A stretch of DNA of 64,000 bases from Minisyncoccota bacterium (GCA_040879725.1 JBBDJV010000018.1:16748-80747), one strand, 5' to 3'; positions 1 to 9,795 are shown, counted from the stretch's first letter. The notes: generated from the letters alone by a model not told the origin. Numbers and translations are program-made.

Positions 1-150
1 AGCGTCGTATCCACCCTCGGTGCTTTTTTACAGAAACTTAAAGATCCATTATGCGTAATGTCTTATTCGGATGATTCCCATCCATCCTTTCCATTCTTGT
101 GGTGGCAATGTCCTGAAACTAGAACCGAAATAACTTGATTTCAAGTTGTC

Positions 151-384
151 TTAGCAGAAATGCCTCTTTAAAAACGCTCGTCCCGATCCTGACTTTAAAT
201 ATTTTTCGAATTCAAAGGCTTTATATTTGTCTTTGATAGCAAAATAAAATTCAAGACTTACTGGTAATCTTTGAGCTGTAGCTGGTACCTGCACTTTTGT
301 ATGGCGATCGATTCTATCTTTAAGATTGTCAGTGCAACCTATATAGAAACCATCTTTATATTTTAGACTATAAACGTAATACAT
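151..384 (-). CDS. Small GIY-YIG nuclease-domain protein (YhbQ/UPF0213-like, stand-alone catalytic domain)
   Basis: 77 aa; YYVYSL..DGFYIGCTDNLKDRIDRH and a C-terminal EFYFAIKD...KYLKSG block match the YhbQ-type GIY-YIG fold. Too short to be a homing endonuclease with a DNA-binding domain. Confidence 0.8.
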   Translation of the reverse strand: MYYVYSLKYKDGFYIGCTDNLKDRIDRHTKVQVPATAQRLPVSLEFYFAIKDKYKAFEFEKYLKSGSGRAFLKRHFC

Positions 385-394
385 ATCTTTATAT

Positions 395-560
395 ATTCCC
401 GCCTTCGCTCGGCTTCTGCGGACCTCGTCACGCCGAAGCCAAGTTACAGGTGGTGTTTTCTGCGGACTGTGTCATACCGAAGCTTTAACCTACAGGTGGT
501 GTGTTTTTGCGGACATCGTCACGCCGAAGCCGAGCTACTGCGAGGCGAAGGCGGAAGGTA
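395..560. repeat. About 2.5 tandem copies of a ~46-bp unit (tgcggacNtcgtcacgccgaagcc...acaggtggtgtttt) flanked by an imperfect inverted repeat (cgccttcgctcggcttc / gaagccgagc..gcgaggcgaaggcg)
   Basis: Direct reading: gcggacctcgtcacgccgaagcc at ~418 and gcggacatcgtcacgccgaagcc at ~509; acaggtggtgt(g)tttt at ~449 and ~491. Confidence 0.6.
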
Positions 561-729
561 GGAGATTCGGGGTCAAGTTTCTAAGCTCGAAGACTCGCTA
601 AGAACTTCCTCCCCGGACTCGGCGCCCCACATAAGAATGTGAGGACCCGCGCCTCCGTCTTTCGAATCTCCAACATTCTCGCATTGATAATTCGCTCGGA
701 TGGTTCCCATCCATCCTTGCGAATCATTG

Positions 730-814
730 CGGAAGGTAGGAGATTCGAACTCCTGGTGGGTTGCCCCACACGTCGTTTCCAACGACGCGCACTAGACCAC
801 TATGCGAACCTTCC
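730..814 (-). tRNA. tRNA-Ser (anticodon GGA), class II with long variable arm
   Basis: The reverse complement folds as acceptor GGAAGGT/ACCTTCC, D-arm GCAT-AGTGGTCTA-GTGC, anticodon stem CGTCG/CGACG with loop TTGGAAA (anticodon GGA), a 16-nt variable hairpin GTGGGGCAACCCACC, T-arm AGGAG-TTCGAAT-CTCCT and discriminator G. CCA is not encoded. Track ORFs 573-869 overlapping it are spurious. Confidence 0.9.
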
Positions 815-890
815 CTCTCCAAGCATTTCCTTGGATTTGGTACATAATAGTACAGTACACTCTGATTGAACAGACTGGTATACTATATAT

Positions 891-1205
891 ATGTCTTGCA
901 GTGGATGTCACGATGAAGGAGTTGAGAAAATGGACGAATCAGAAGTTCGTACGCGTTTATTAGTGCTACCTAAATGGATAACTCCAAACGGTTTTAGAAT
1001 AGAGAAAACTTTTTCATTTCCTGATTTTAAACAAGCGCTCGACTTCACTAACAAGGTGGGTGATATAGCTGAAAAAGAAGGTCATCATCCCGATATTTTT
1101 CTATCATGGGGAGTAGTACGAATCAGTCTTACCACTCACAGCGTCAAAGGAGTTACCGAACACGACTTCCTCCTCGCAGAAATGATTGAAAGTTTAACAT
1201 TGTAA
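891..1205 (+). CDS. Pterin-4a-carbinolamine dehydratase (PCD/DCoH, PhhB-like)
   Basis: FKQALDFTNKVGDIAEKEGHHPDIFLSWGVVRISLTTHSVKGVTEHDFLLA matches the PCD [E]-x-HHP core. An N-terminal CxxC resembles bacterial PhhB. The ATG at 891 sits 8 nt after a tggTATACT -10, so the mRNA may be leaderless; an alternative start at 927 is preceded by GAAGGAG. Confidence 0.8.
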   Translation: MSCSGCHDEGVEKMDESEVRTRLLVLPKWITPNGFRIEKTFSFPDFKQALDFTNKVGDIAEKEGHHPDIFLSWGVVRISLTTHSVKGVTEHDFLLAEMIESLTL

Positions 1206-1212
1206 TAATGTT

Positions 1213-1473
1213 ATGGAAGCACGTTTTGATGTAGCTCTTATATTACAGGAATATCCCTTCTTTGTAATTCTTATCGTTATTCTCACTATTTGGTCTTTAG
1301 TTTGGAAAGGAATTGCTCTGTGGAAAGCCGTTAAACAAAACTCTCCGTACTGGTTTGTCGCACTCCTGATAATAAACACTGTGGGTATTCTTGAAATACT
1401 CTACATTTATATTTTTAGTAAAAGAAAAAAGTTTGTGCAAAAAAGCACCGAGGAAACCCCTCTGCATTTTTAA
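1213..1473 (+). CDS. Small two-TM membrane protein, unknown function
   Basis: 86 aa with hydrophobic segments FFVILIVILTIWSLVW and WFVALLIINTVGILEILYIYIF. Confidence 0.4.
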   Translation: MEARFDVALILQEYPFFVILIVILTIWSLVWKGIALWKAVKQNSPYWFVALLIINTVGILEILYIYIFSKRKKFVQKSTEETPLHF

Positions 1474-1694
1474 TCATAAAAAATACCCTCCGTTTCCGGA
1501 GGGATTTTGTGTTCGTCTACCTAACCGGCAACGACGTAGTTCATAAGCGCCAGTGCTTCTTCTTTTGCAACAGGTCCTTGTGTTGCCTGGACCTTCACTG
1601 CGTGAAGGAAAAGTAGAACGTCTGCGCTTACCTCAGAGAGCAGTGGTTGATTTGTTGATTTATCGTCATTCATACTCATCACACAGTACCCCAA

Positions 1695-2447
1695 TCACCG
1701 TATACTGGCAAATCCAAACCTTTTGAGGAAACGCACCACTGTATACCCCCAGTCAAACTCATTCTCTTCCCTAAAAGCGAAGTTGGGTGACGAAGGTTTG
1801 CAATGATGATTATGGTGATTTGATTCACCTGCTGTGATGATACTCAACACGACACGTACCCACGATGGTCCGTTATCGAGTATGTTTCTCGAGTAATCCC
1901 GAGTATGTGCATGTGCAACATGCGCGCTGTGACCTAGTCCATTGATAATACCCGCGGCCCAAAAAGGTATCCATACAGACTGAATCAACCAAACAAATAC
2001 TCCCACCGAACCGAAAAGGAAGATGTTCAAAAGCAAGTTGAGAAACACCCCAAGATGCTTGATCACCCGCTTTGATGTAATGTCCGGCCTCGCCGAGAGT
2101 TCTGCTTGAATTTGCGGACGAAGCTTTCTCGCAGCTCGCGTATAGTAGAGGACTCCAAAGAGAACAATTCTCCACTTACCTTCATTTCGCGGACTGTGCG
2201 GATCATTCGGACCGTCCGCTGGTGCTTGGTGATGTTCTTTGTGCACCACCACCCACTCCGCGGGAACCATTCCCGTTTGAAACCAAATGATGAACTTAAA
2301 AAACGACCGTACCACTGGATGCAGGGCAATGGCGTTGTGTGTGTATTCTCGATGAAGATAAAGACTTACCGAGAGCGATGAGAGATGTGTTGTCACAAGG
2401 ACATACACGGTGAGTATAACCCACCATATGAGTGAATATTTTTCCAT
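1695..2447 (-). CDS. Membrane fatty-acid desaturase (acyl-lipid/acyl-CoA desaturase family)
   Basis: Three histidine boxes, HREYTH, HKEHH and HNHH, with N-terminal TM helices. Confidence 0.8.
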   Translation of the reverse strand: MEKYSLIWWVILTVYVLVTTHLSSLSVSLYLHREYTHNAIALHPVVRSFFKFIIWFQTGMVPAEWVVVHKEHHQAPADGPNDPHSPRNEGKWRIVLFGVLYYTRAARKLRPQIQAELSARPDITSKRVIKHLGVFLNLLLNIFLFGSVGVFVWLIQSVWIPFWAAGIINGLGHSAHVAHAHTRDYSRNILDNGPSWVRVVLSIITAGESNHHNHHCKPSSPNFAFREENEFDWGYTVVRFLKRFGFASIR

Positions 2448-2496
2448 AATAAAAAGTACAGTTGAATCTGTACTTAGTATACCTCAAAAATATATT

Positions 2497-3396
2497 CTAC
2501 TTTCCGCCCAATAATGCATTGATCCTTTCTTCAGCAGGAGGATGTGTCATAAATAGCTTTGTTAGAAAACTCGCCTTTTTAGTTCCCTTAAACGGATTAG
2601 AGATGAAAAGGTGTGCTGTCGCATGGTTAGCGCGAGTAAGCGGTATGGTAGAACCAGAAATTTTCTGCAATGCTCGCGCGAGTCCTTCAGGGTACCGTGT
2701 TAAAAGGGCACCTGAAGCATCCGCAAGAAACTCCCGCTTTCGAGACACTGCGAGTTTTATAAGAGTCGCGATAATTGGCGACAATATAACAAATATAATT
2801 CCAATAACTAGCAGTATCATTCCCATCTTGCCGTCTCCTCTGTCTCTTCCTCCATGACCGTACAAACTCATTCGAAGGAAAAAATCCGCGACAAGTGTCA
2901 CGACACCAACAAGCGTCACGACAATAGTCATGACTAGAATATCTCTGTTTCCAACATGCGCAAGCTCGTGCGCGACAACTCCCTCTAACTCACTTCTATC
3001 CAAAAGTGAAAGAAGTCCTGTTGTAACCGCAACCGCAGAATGTTCTTTATCTCTCCCTGTTGCAAAGGCATTGGGAGAAGGATCGTTGATAATATAGAGC
3101 TTTGGCATGGGAAGCCCCGCGGTAATGGAAAGATTTTCGGTAATATTCCAGAGATCAGGATACTGTTCACGTGTTACCGGTTTTGCTCCCGACATAGAGA
3201 GCACTAATTTATCCGAGTACCAGTAGCTTCCGATATTAGCAAGAACACTAAATACAACAGCAATAACTAAAATAAGATAGCTATCGTAGTAGTATGAAAG
3301 AAACCAACCAAGCGCTACTACAACAGCAAGAAAAGCCCCCATGAGTAACCACGTCTTCCTGACATTCGAATCTTGTTGTGTGTAGAGTGATGCCAT
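2497..3396 (-). CDS. htpX: M48 zinc metalloprotease HtpX
   Basis: HELAHV (HExxH) motif, four TM segments, an N-terminal helix and a C-terminal THPPxxER-like motif. Confidence 0.85.
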   Translation of the reverse strand: MASLYTQQDSNVRKTWLLMGAFLAVVVALGWFLSYYYDSYLILVIAVVFSVLANIGSYWYSDKLVLSMSGAKPVTREQYPDLWNITENLSITAGLPMPKLYIINDPSPNAFATGRDKEHSAVAVTTGLLSLLDRSELEGVVAHELAHVGNRDILVMTIVVTLVGVVTLVADFFLRMSLYGHGGRDRGDGKMGMILLVIGIIFVILSPIIATLIKLAVSRKREFLADASGALLTRYPEGLARALQKISGSTIPLTRANHATAHLFISNPFKGTKKASFLTKLFMTHPPAEERINALLGGK

Positions 3397-3950
3397 TAAA
3401 ACTTCACTTCAACATTCTCACGCTCCACTGCTTCTTCTATTTCAAAGAATTCCATTTCTTTGAAACCAAACATATTTGCAATTATATTTGCCGGAAACAC
3501 CTGAACCGCAGTGTTAAGGTCACGCACATTTGTGTTATAGAACCGACGAGCAGACTGAATCTTATTTTCAGTATCTGAAAGTTCTCGCTGAAGCTCAAGA
3601 AAATTTGTATTCGCTTTTAGATCTGGGTATGCCTCTGAAACAGCAAAGAGTGACTTCAAAGCATCTGAGAGCATATTCTCTGCTTGACCTTGTTCTGCGA
3701 CAGTACCAGCGCTGATAGCCTGTGCTCGCGCTTTGGTAACATTTTCAAACACCTGACTTTCATGCGTCGCGTATCCCTTTACGGTATTTACCAAGTTAGG
3801 GATAAGATCATATCGGCGCTTCAGCTGAACATCGATATCTGACCATGCTTCCTTGGCACGGTTTACCATGCGAATAAGTTTGTTGTACGAGAGCATTACC
3901 CAAAGTCCCGCAACAACAACAACTGCAATTACTACGTATAAAATATTCAT
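3396..3950 (-). CDS. lemA: LemA family protein
   Basis: N-terminal TM followed by the LemA signature ([32 protein letters not shown]). Its start overlaps the htpX stop, a typical lemA-htpX pairing. Confidence 0.85.
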   Translation of the reverse strand: MNILYVVIAVVVVAGLWVMLSYNKLIRMVNRAKEAWSDIDVQLKRRYDLIPNLVNTVKGYATHESQVFENVTKARAQAISAGTVAEQGQAENMLSDALKSLFAVSEAYPDLKANTNFLELQRELSDTENKIQSARRFYNTNVRDLNTAVQVFPANIIANMFGFKEMEFFEIEEAVERENVEVKF

Positions 3951-3985
3951 ATTAATCTATTAGTTTCTAACACCTCTAAGTATAC

Positions 3986-4018
3986 AAAAAACCGCTCGCA
4001 TATGCGAGCGGTTTTTTG
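3986..4018. terminator. Bidirectional intrinsic terminator
   Basis: aaaaaACCGCTCGCAtatgCGAGCGGTtttttg hairpin with A/T tracts on both sides, between lemA and the surface-protein gene. Confidence 0.7.
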
Positions 4019-4043
4019 TTGCTTCTTTTCTAGAAAAACTACA

Positions 4044-5591
4044 TCATTCCCATTCCTCCGCCCATTCCTCTCCCCCCTGCATACTAAGCAGCTGCTCCGT
4101 CAACTCCTCCACCAACTTCAATAACTCAGCAATCTGTGTCTTAAGTACCTGTATCTGTGCTTGGGTAGCAACATCAGTTGGAGTGATACTCGGAGATGTT
4201 CCTCCTACTAACTGTTGGTTGAGATATCCTCGTGTCTGTGGTCCCACAAGTCCATAGGAAGAAGTATCGGCAAGACCGTTGTCTTGTTGGAAGCGGGTGA
4301 CGGCTGACCTTGTAGCGGGTCCAAAGTAGTCAGTCTCGTTTGAGAGTGATCCTGGTCCACTTTCTGCCACAGTGTACCCTTGTGCGTTTAGGAACTCCTG
4401 AAGAGCACGGACGTCTGGGTGGCGGGTACCGAGCTGGAGTGGTGCGGTGAAAGTATAGGAAATGGATGTGGTTGGTGGAGCGAGTGTGGGAGTGGCAGGA
4501 GATGAAGTACGTGGTGCCGTATATTTCTCTGCAATGATGCGGTTCACTGTAGCTCTCGTGCGTGACCCCACAATACCGTACCCTGTTGATGCTGGAGTAC
4601 CACTTGAAACGACTCCTTCTTTCGCTTGGAAAGAACGGACAGCGTTCTCGATAGTCTTGTCGTATAGGGTGGTGGTGTAGGTGGAAGTGAGATGACCTTC
4701 TTCCTTGAGGAAGGTGGTTAGAGTGACGAGGTCGGGAGAAGCAACACCTTCATAGAGAAAGGTGGTTAGTGGAGTGAGGGTACGAGTGGGTGTGGGTGGA
4801 AGTGGTTCGTTCTCTGTATCAGTGGTGGAAACGATACCTCCGCCCACACTTGGAACTGGTGGAGTGTATCCTCCACCAGTTCCAGACGAGACGGGAGTGG
4901 TGCCACTGCCAGAGGTGGAAGTGTTGCTTGTGGTGTTAGGTGTAGGGGTGGTGGTGAAGGAGGTAGGGGTACTGTCGGTGTTGAGAGTACAGGAAGCAGT
5001 GGTACCTCCGTTTGACCCCAGACATGACCAAAGATGGCTTGTTGTGGTGTCAATTCTGTCTGAAAGAGTTCCCGAAAGACAGATGTTGTTTTGCGTACCG
5101 CATGATCCAGAAATAGGAGGTGGTTCCGACCCACTAGTCACTCCAACCGCACAGAAACCTGTCCCTGCAGCACGAATAGCATTCCAATTATTCTCAACAG
5201 CCCAGGTAAGATATCCTGGTGTTAGCTTTACATTATCTCTTGCGGGAAAACGTCCGCAGGTCTTACCAGGCTGACAGGCAAAATCTGTAGGTGAATTGTA
5301 GTAGGCCAAGTCCTTATCTAAGATACACATCCCAGGATTATCAGGGTCAGGTCCCCAGGTTACTGTTCCAGTATTACTCAATCCATAATAACTACATCCA
5401 GTACGACGATATGCATCGCAAGAAGCAGGTTCGCGCGGATCAGGTGGAGCACAGGGATCTGGTTGAGTCTGGATTCCCTGACCTACAATACGATCCATAT
5501 ACTCTGTAAATGCCGGGTAATTTACTATCTCGCAGGCCTGAGGTATAAGAGATAAAGTTGTCATGAATCCTTTATATGGACCCGTAGTCAC
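4044..5591 (-). CDS. Cys-rich, Thr/Pro-rich surface protein with two PG_binding_1-like repeats and a C-terminal coiled coil; probably the C-terminal part of one giant gene split from 5630-8083 by a frameshift
   Basis: Peptidoglycan-binding-like repeats (YDKTIENAVRSFQ, DVRALQEFLNAQGY) and T/P/S linkers. It has no signal peptide, its start is GTG, and its frame stays open 48 codons upstream into the C-terminus of the 817-aa ORF. Confidence 0.55.
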   Translation of the reverse strand: MTTGPYKGFMTTLSLIPQACEIVNYPAFTEYMDRIVGQGIQTQPDPCAPPDPREPASCDAYRRTGCSYYGLSNTGTVTWGPDPDNPGMCILDKDLAYYNSPTDFACQPGKTCGRFPARDNVKLTPGYLTWAVENNWNAIRAAGTGFCAVGVTSGSEPPPISGSCGTQNNICLSGTLSDRIDTTTSHLWSCLGSNGGTTASCTLNTDSTPTSFTTTPTPNTTSNTSTSGSGTTPVSSGTGGGYTPPVPSVGGGIVSTTDTENEPLPPTPTRTLTPLTTFLYEGVASPDLVTLTTFLKEEGHLTSTYTTTLYDKTIENAVRSFQAKEGVVSSGTPASTGYGIVGSRTRATVNRIIAEKYTAPRTSSPATPTLAPPTTSISYTFTAPLQLGTRHPDVRALQEFLNAQGYTVAESGPGSLSNETDYFGPATRSAVTRFQQDNGLADTSSYGLVGPQTRGYLNQQLVGGTSPSITPTDVATQAQIQVLKTQIAELLKLVEELTEQLLSMQGGEEWAEEWE

Positions 5592-5629
5592 ACCTATGTA
5601 TGCCGTTCCAGGAAGATTCTCTGGCCCGT

Positions 5630-8083
5630 CTATGAATCCGTATGGATCCTGACTAGTCCTCCTACCACCACTAGTGTTGCAAGTTCCTGTCGCGCCATCG
5701 AAGCACTGTGAGCACCCTCCATCGAACCCCAGTATCTATTCAGGTCACTGCCTACACCCGTACTCGACAAGGCGTCTTTCGTTGAATCTCCCCATATCGG
5801 GCCGTTATGTCCAATATTTATCTGCTCCAATTCTTGTGGAGCGAAACCTGTCTCCAGAAGAGACAATGTAGTGTTCTTGAGGACATTAGCATAGGAATTA
5901 TCCTTCGCTAATGCAGCAAAGAAGACCACTGGCGGAAACTTGCCAGTACCCTGTCCCGCACCACCACCATAACCCCTAACCCTGGTCATATCCTCATAGA
6001 CTGCGTCATAGATATCCTTTCCGTAAACAAGCATAGCTGCCAAAGCCGCTTTCTTCTCAGAATAAGTATTTGCACTCGAAAATAGTTTCATTTGATTATC
6101 AGACCACGCACTAGCAACACCAGAAGCATAATCACTGACTACATAACTAGCACGGAAAGCACGACCGCCCTCTGAAAATGAACGACTTGTAGGGTGAAGT
6201 GGTGTTGAAATACTAAATATTTCAGTACTATGTGACCATCTCTTTCTTATGACCTCAAAACCATCAACATTGGTACCCGAGAAATAATTAACAGATGGAA
6301 GCCTGGAAAAGTCAAAATCACTCATTGACATGAGTTTTTTCAGATTCTCATCAATACTAGGACGTAAAATATCTGCGCCGTTGCCAGGTGGTATTTGCTG
6401 TAACACGGTCACTACGTGATATGCCCCGACACATGAGCCTGATATAGCTCTTGTACCACAACCTACAGTGCGCTCAGCGACAGCAACAAGTGAAATATCA
6501 GCTGGGTATACCTTGGGAAGTTGCTCTAAAATATTTTCGCTAGTGTTTTGGTTTCCGTAATTTTTTGATAGAAATCCAATAGACTCAATCCGTGGATTCT
6601 CATCTAGGTATAGATTACCGCCACCTGAAAGTGATACAGACTGCAGCCTAACACCTGACTGTCCACTAGCTGGCGAAACCCACCAGTCGCCGTTCGCAAA
6701 TTTTCCACAGTATGGGGTACCACCCGTAGTATCAAATGTCCAACTAAATGTTACCGGGTTAACAGTAGTATTAATACTAGAACACTTACCTGTCTGAGTA
6801 GACGGCACTGGTGATTGACTCACTTCTGCGGTAAATGTAGCAGTAACTGATACATTAGATGATAGTGTGATGGTGCACGCACCGGTACCAGAACATCCTC
6901 CACCAGACCAACCAGAAAAGATAGATCCTGAAGCAGGACTTGCGGTTAGAGTAGATACTGTTCCTGAAGTAACACCTGAGATTGAGCAAGATGATCCACA
7001 GTTGATAGAGCCGTTTGAAGAGGTAACAGTTCCTCCTCCGCTTCCTACTTTGGTGATACTAAGATTGTGTGATGAAGAGGTTGTCGGTGTGTCCAAAGAA
7101 CAGGAAGCAGTGGTACCGCCATTTTCACCGAGACAACTCCAGAGATACTGAGTAGGGTTCTGAGTGGTGTTAGACAAAGTGCCAAATGTGCAATTATTTT
7201 GAGTTAGACCACAAGAGCCATTGGTGGGATTAGATGTAGGTAAACCCTCGCTTGTGTATGTATATATTTCAGCAACTTCGCTTGCGGTAAGTGCTTGACG
7301 ATATATACGAACATCATCAATGATTCCGGTAAAGTAGCTACCCGGATTCTGGTATTGAAAATTACGTCGATGAGCACCAACAGAAGGTGCTGTGATAAAT
7401 TGTGGGTAATTAACAGTATCCGCCGAAGATCCGACTTCTACCCCATCTACGTACAACCTTCGAAAAGTCGATGATTCAAATACAACCACAAGATGATGCC
7501 ACAGTCCATCCGCAACAGACACACCCATAACTGTAGACTGAGACGAACCATTGCGAGTGCTCGCGAAGGCAGTTCCGTTACTTACTCCGAGCTCAAGATA
7601 GTGATCTCTATTGTTGCTACGGTAGAGACCAATGGCGACCATGGTGTTGGAGTTGGTAGCGGTTTTTACCCATGCCTGCAACGCTACGGGATAACTACCT
7701 GCTGGGATAGTAGTCATTGAAACATATGCGCTTGATTTTAACTCAATCGCCCCACTCCCAACCTTCCCACTCGTCCATGTCGGACCATTTACTAACGTAC
7801 CCGTATTACTATTACCAGAAGAGTCGTTAGCGGTCGTACCTGATCCGTCATCAAACGTATAGTGAGCAACAAGACCAGAACTAGCACCACTTACTTGTGC
7901 GAGGTTGTTTGTTTGAGTGAGGAGTGAAAGGACTTGCTGTCGGAGTGACTGAAGGAGTTCAGTCATATCAGTAAGTACGTTTGCATGAAGTACAGTAGTT
8001 GGAGAAAGGAATACAACTAGAGCACACAAACTAATAATAGAATGCCTGGAAAACGGTTTATTCATACGTAAATGATACCACAT
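5630..8083 (-). CDS. Secreted surface protein with LamG/concanavalin-like lectin domain and Cys-rich modules (N-terminal part of a split giant protein)
   Basis: Signal peptide MWYHLRMNKPFSRHSIISLCALVVFLSP. LamG-like block VAHYTFDDGSGTTANDSSGN...LWHHLVVVF...LYVDGVEVGS. The repeated Cys motif LWSCLGxNGGTTASC is also present in 4044-5591. Confidence 0.65.
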   Translation of the reverse strand: MWYHLRMNKPFSRHSIISLCALVVFLSPTTVLHANVLTDMTELLQSLRQQVLSLLTQTNNLAQVSGASSGLVAHYTFDDGSGTTANDSSGNSNTGTLVNGPTWTSGKVGSGAIELKSSAYVSMTTIPAGSYPVALQAWVKTATNSNTMVAIGLYRSNNRDHYLELGVSNGTAFASTRNGSSQSTVMGVSVADGLWHHLVVVFESSTFRRLYVDGVEVGSSADTVNYPQFITAPSVGAHRRNFQYQNPGSYFTGIIDDVRIYRQALTASEVAEIYTYTSEGLPTSNPTNGSCGLTQNNCTFGTLSNTTQNPTQYLWSCLGENGGTTASCSLDTPTTSSSHNLSITKVGSGGGTVTSSNGSINCGSSCSISGVTSGTVSTLTASPASGSIFSGWSGGGCSGTGACTITLSSNVSVTATFTAEVSQSPVPSTQTGKCSSINTTVNPVTFSWTFDTTGGTPYCGKFANGDWWVSPASGQSGVRLQSVSLSGGGNLYLDENPRIESIGFLSKNYGNQNTSENILEQLPKVYPADISLVAVAERTVGCGTRAISGSCVGAYHVVTVLQQIPPGNGADILRPSIDENLKKLMSMSDFDFSRLPSVNYFSGTNVDGFEVIRKRWSHSTEIFSISTPLHPTSRSFSEGGRAFRASYVVSDYASGVASAWSDNQMKLFSSANTYSEKKAALAAMLVYGKDIYDAVYEDMTRVRGYGGGAGQGTGKFPPVVFFAALAKDNSYANVLKNTTLSLLETGFAPQELEQINIGHNGPIWGDSTKDALSSTGVGSDLNRYWGSMEGAHSASMARQELATLVVVGGLVRIHTDS

Positions 8084-8114
8084 AAAAAAATCACCCCGAG
8101 GGGTGTTTTTTTAA

Positions 8115-9767
8115 TTACATCATTCCCATTCCTCCGCCCATACCTGATCCGCTACCAGCAGATTCTTGCTTTGGTTCTGGAATATCTGTAATTGCCACCT
8201 CGGTAGTGAGAAGGATTGCGGCAGCGCTCGATGCGCGCTCAATACCACTTCGAGTTACTTTCACCGGATCGATAATTCCAGCAGAAAGCATGTCAGCTAC
8301 CATTTCGTCTTTCAATGCATCGTACCCTATCATACCCTTTCCTTTTTGTATCTCAGAAACGATAACCGCTCCGTCTTCACGACCTCCGTTGGCAATAATC
8401 TGTCTTAGTGGTTCTTCAAGCGCGCGAAGTACTATCTCATATCCAATCTTCTCTTCATTGGTAATATTTTTCGGTATAGACTTTCGCACCAGCTCACCAG
8501 CTCTCACAAGAGCGCTTCCTCCACCAGGAACAATGCCTTCTTCAATCGCTGCCTTGGTTGCATTTACCGCATCTTCAATCTTAAGCTTAAGATATTTCAT
8601 TTCAGTTTCGGTTGTAGCTCCCACGCGAATCACCGCTACACCTCCGGAAAGTTTTGCCATTCGCTCTTCAAGCTTCTCTCTGTCGAACTTTGATTCAGTC
8701 TGTGAAATTTGCTTTCGAATTTGCTCTATTCTACTTTGAATTCCCTGCTTCTTACCTTTTCCTCCAACAATCGTTGTGGTGTTTTTAGTTGCGATAACTC
8801 GGTTAGCGTGACCCAAGAAAGCAAGTTGCGCCTGTTCAAGCTTCAACCCAACATCTTCAGAAATAACCGTTGCACCTATTGTCACCGCGATATCTTCAAG
8901 ATTCTCTTTTTTACGGTCACCATATCCGGGCGCTTTTACCGCAAGAACATTAAATCCTCCTCGCAATTTGTTCAGAACAAATGTTGTAAGCGCTTCACCA
9001 TCCACATCGTCTGCTATTATTACCAATTCCTTTGTTCCGGTTTGCGCCAGCTTCTCAAGTAGTGGCAATACGTCTTTTACTACTGAAATCTTCTTGTCGG
9101 TTACCAAAATAGGGGCATCTTTAAACTCAGCTTCCATACGTTCCGCATTGGTAATCATGTACGGAGATACATACCCCTTCTCAAACTGAAGTCCTTCCAC
9201 AATATCTGACTCAACGCCAAATGACTGAGATTCTTCAACAGTCACCACACCGTCTTTTCCGACTTTATTTATTGTTTCTGCGATTATCTCACCTATCTCA
9301 GCAGACTCCGCAGAAATAGTTGCAACATTTTTTATTTCACTCTTACTCTTTTCAGGAATTGGCTTAGCAATACTTTTAAGTGCTTCCACAACATCTCGTG
9401 ATGCACGTTCAATACCGTTTCGTACTCCCATTGCATTTACACCAATACGTGTGTGTTTCAAACCTTCACGCACTAACGCGTCTGTCAAAATAGTTGCTGT
9501 TGAAGTTCCGTCACCTGCAACATCGTTTGTTTTTGTCGCCACTTCTTTTACAATTTCCGCTCCCATATTTTCAAACCTGTCTGGAAGTGTGATGTCACGC
9601 GCGATTGAAACACCGTCGTTTGTAATCATGGGTGCTCCGTATCCTTTATCAAGGACAACATTTCTACCTCGCGGACCTATTGTTGCTCGTACCGCGTCTG
9701 CTACAATCGACACTCCTTTTGCGAGTGCTACTCGTGCATCTTCGTTAAACTTTAGTTGTTTACTCAT
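8115..9767 (-). CDS. groL: Chaperonin GroEL (Cpn60)
   Basis: 550 aa; AKGVSIVADAVRATIGPRGRNVVL near the N-terminus and GGGMGMM at the C-terminal tail. Confidence 0.97.
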   Translation of the reverse strand: MSKQLKFNEDARVALAKGVSIVADAVRATIGPRGRNVVLDKGYGAPMITNDGVSIARDITLPDRFENMGAEIVKEVATKTNDVAGDGTSTATILTDALVREGLKHTRIGVNAMGVRNGIERASRDVVEALKSIAKPIPEKSKSEIKNVATISAESAEIGEIIAETINKVGKDGVVTVEESQSFGVESDIVEGLQFEKGYVSPYMITNAERMEAEFKDAPILVTDKKISVVKDVLPLLEKLAQTGTKELVIIADDVDGEALTTFVLNKLRGGFNVLAVKAPGYGDRKKENLEDIAVTIGATVISEDVGLKLEQAQLAFLGHANRVIATKNTTTIVGGKGKKQGIQSRIEQIRKQISQTESKFDREKLEERMAKLSGGVAVIRVGATTETEMKYLKLKIEDAVNATKAAIEEGIVPGGGSALVRAGELVRKSIPKNITNEEKIGYEIVLRALEEPLRQIIANGGREDGAVIVSEIQKGKGMIGYDALKDEMVADMLSAGIIDPVKVTRSGIERASSAAAILLTTEVAITDIPEPKQESAGSGSGMGGGMGMM

Positions 9768-9795
9768 TGTTGATTTTTCTTAGCTGATAAATTAA

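Noticed and set aside
573-869. Track ORFs (573-782, 581-769, 639-869) in the region between the repeats and the PCD gene
   Set aside because: They overlap the tRNA-Ser gene and its duplicated 3'-end fragment on both strands; the region is better explained as tRNA plus repeat DNA.
8166-9783. Antisense ORFs inside groEL (8166-8408, 8206-8739, 8709-9062, 8968-9189, 9451-9783)
   Set aside because: They lie opposite a highly conserved, confidently identified gene and are low-complexity Ser/Ile-rich translations.
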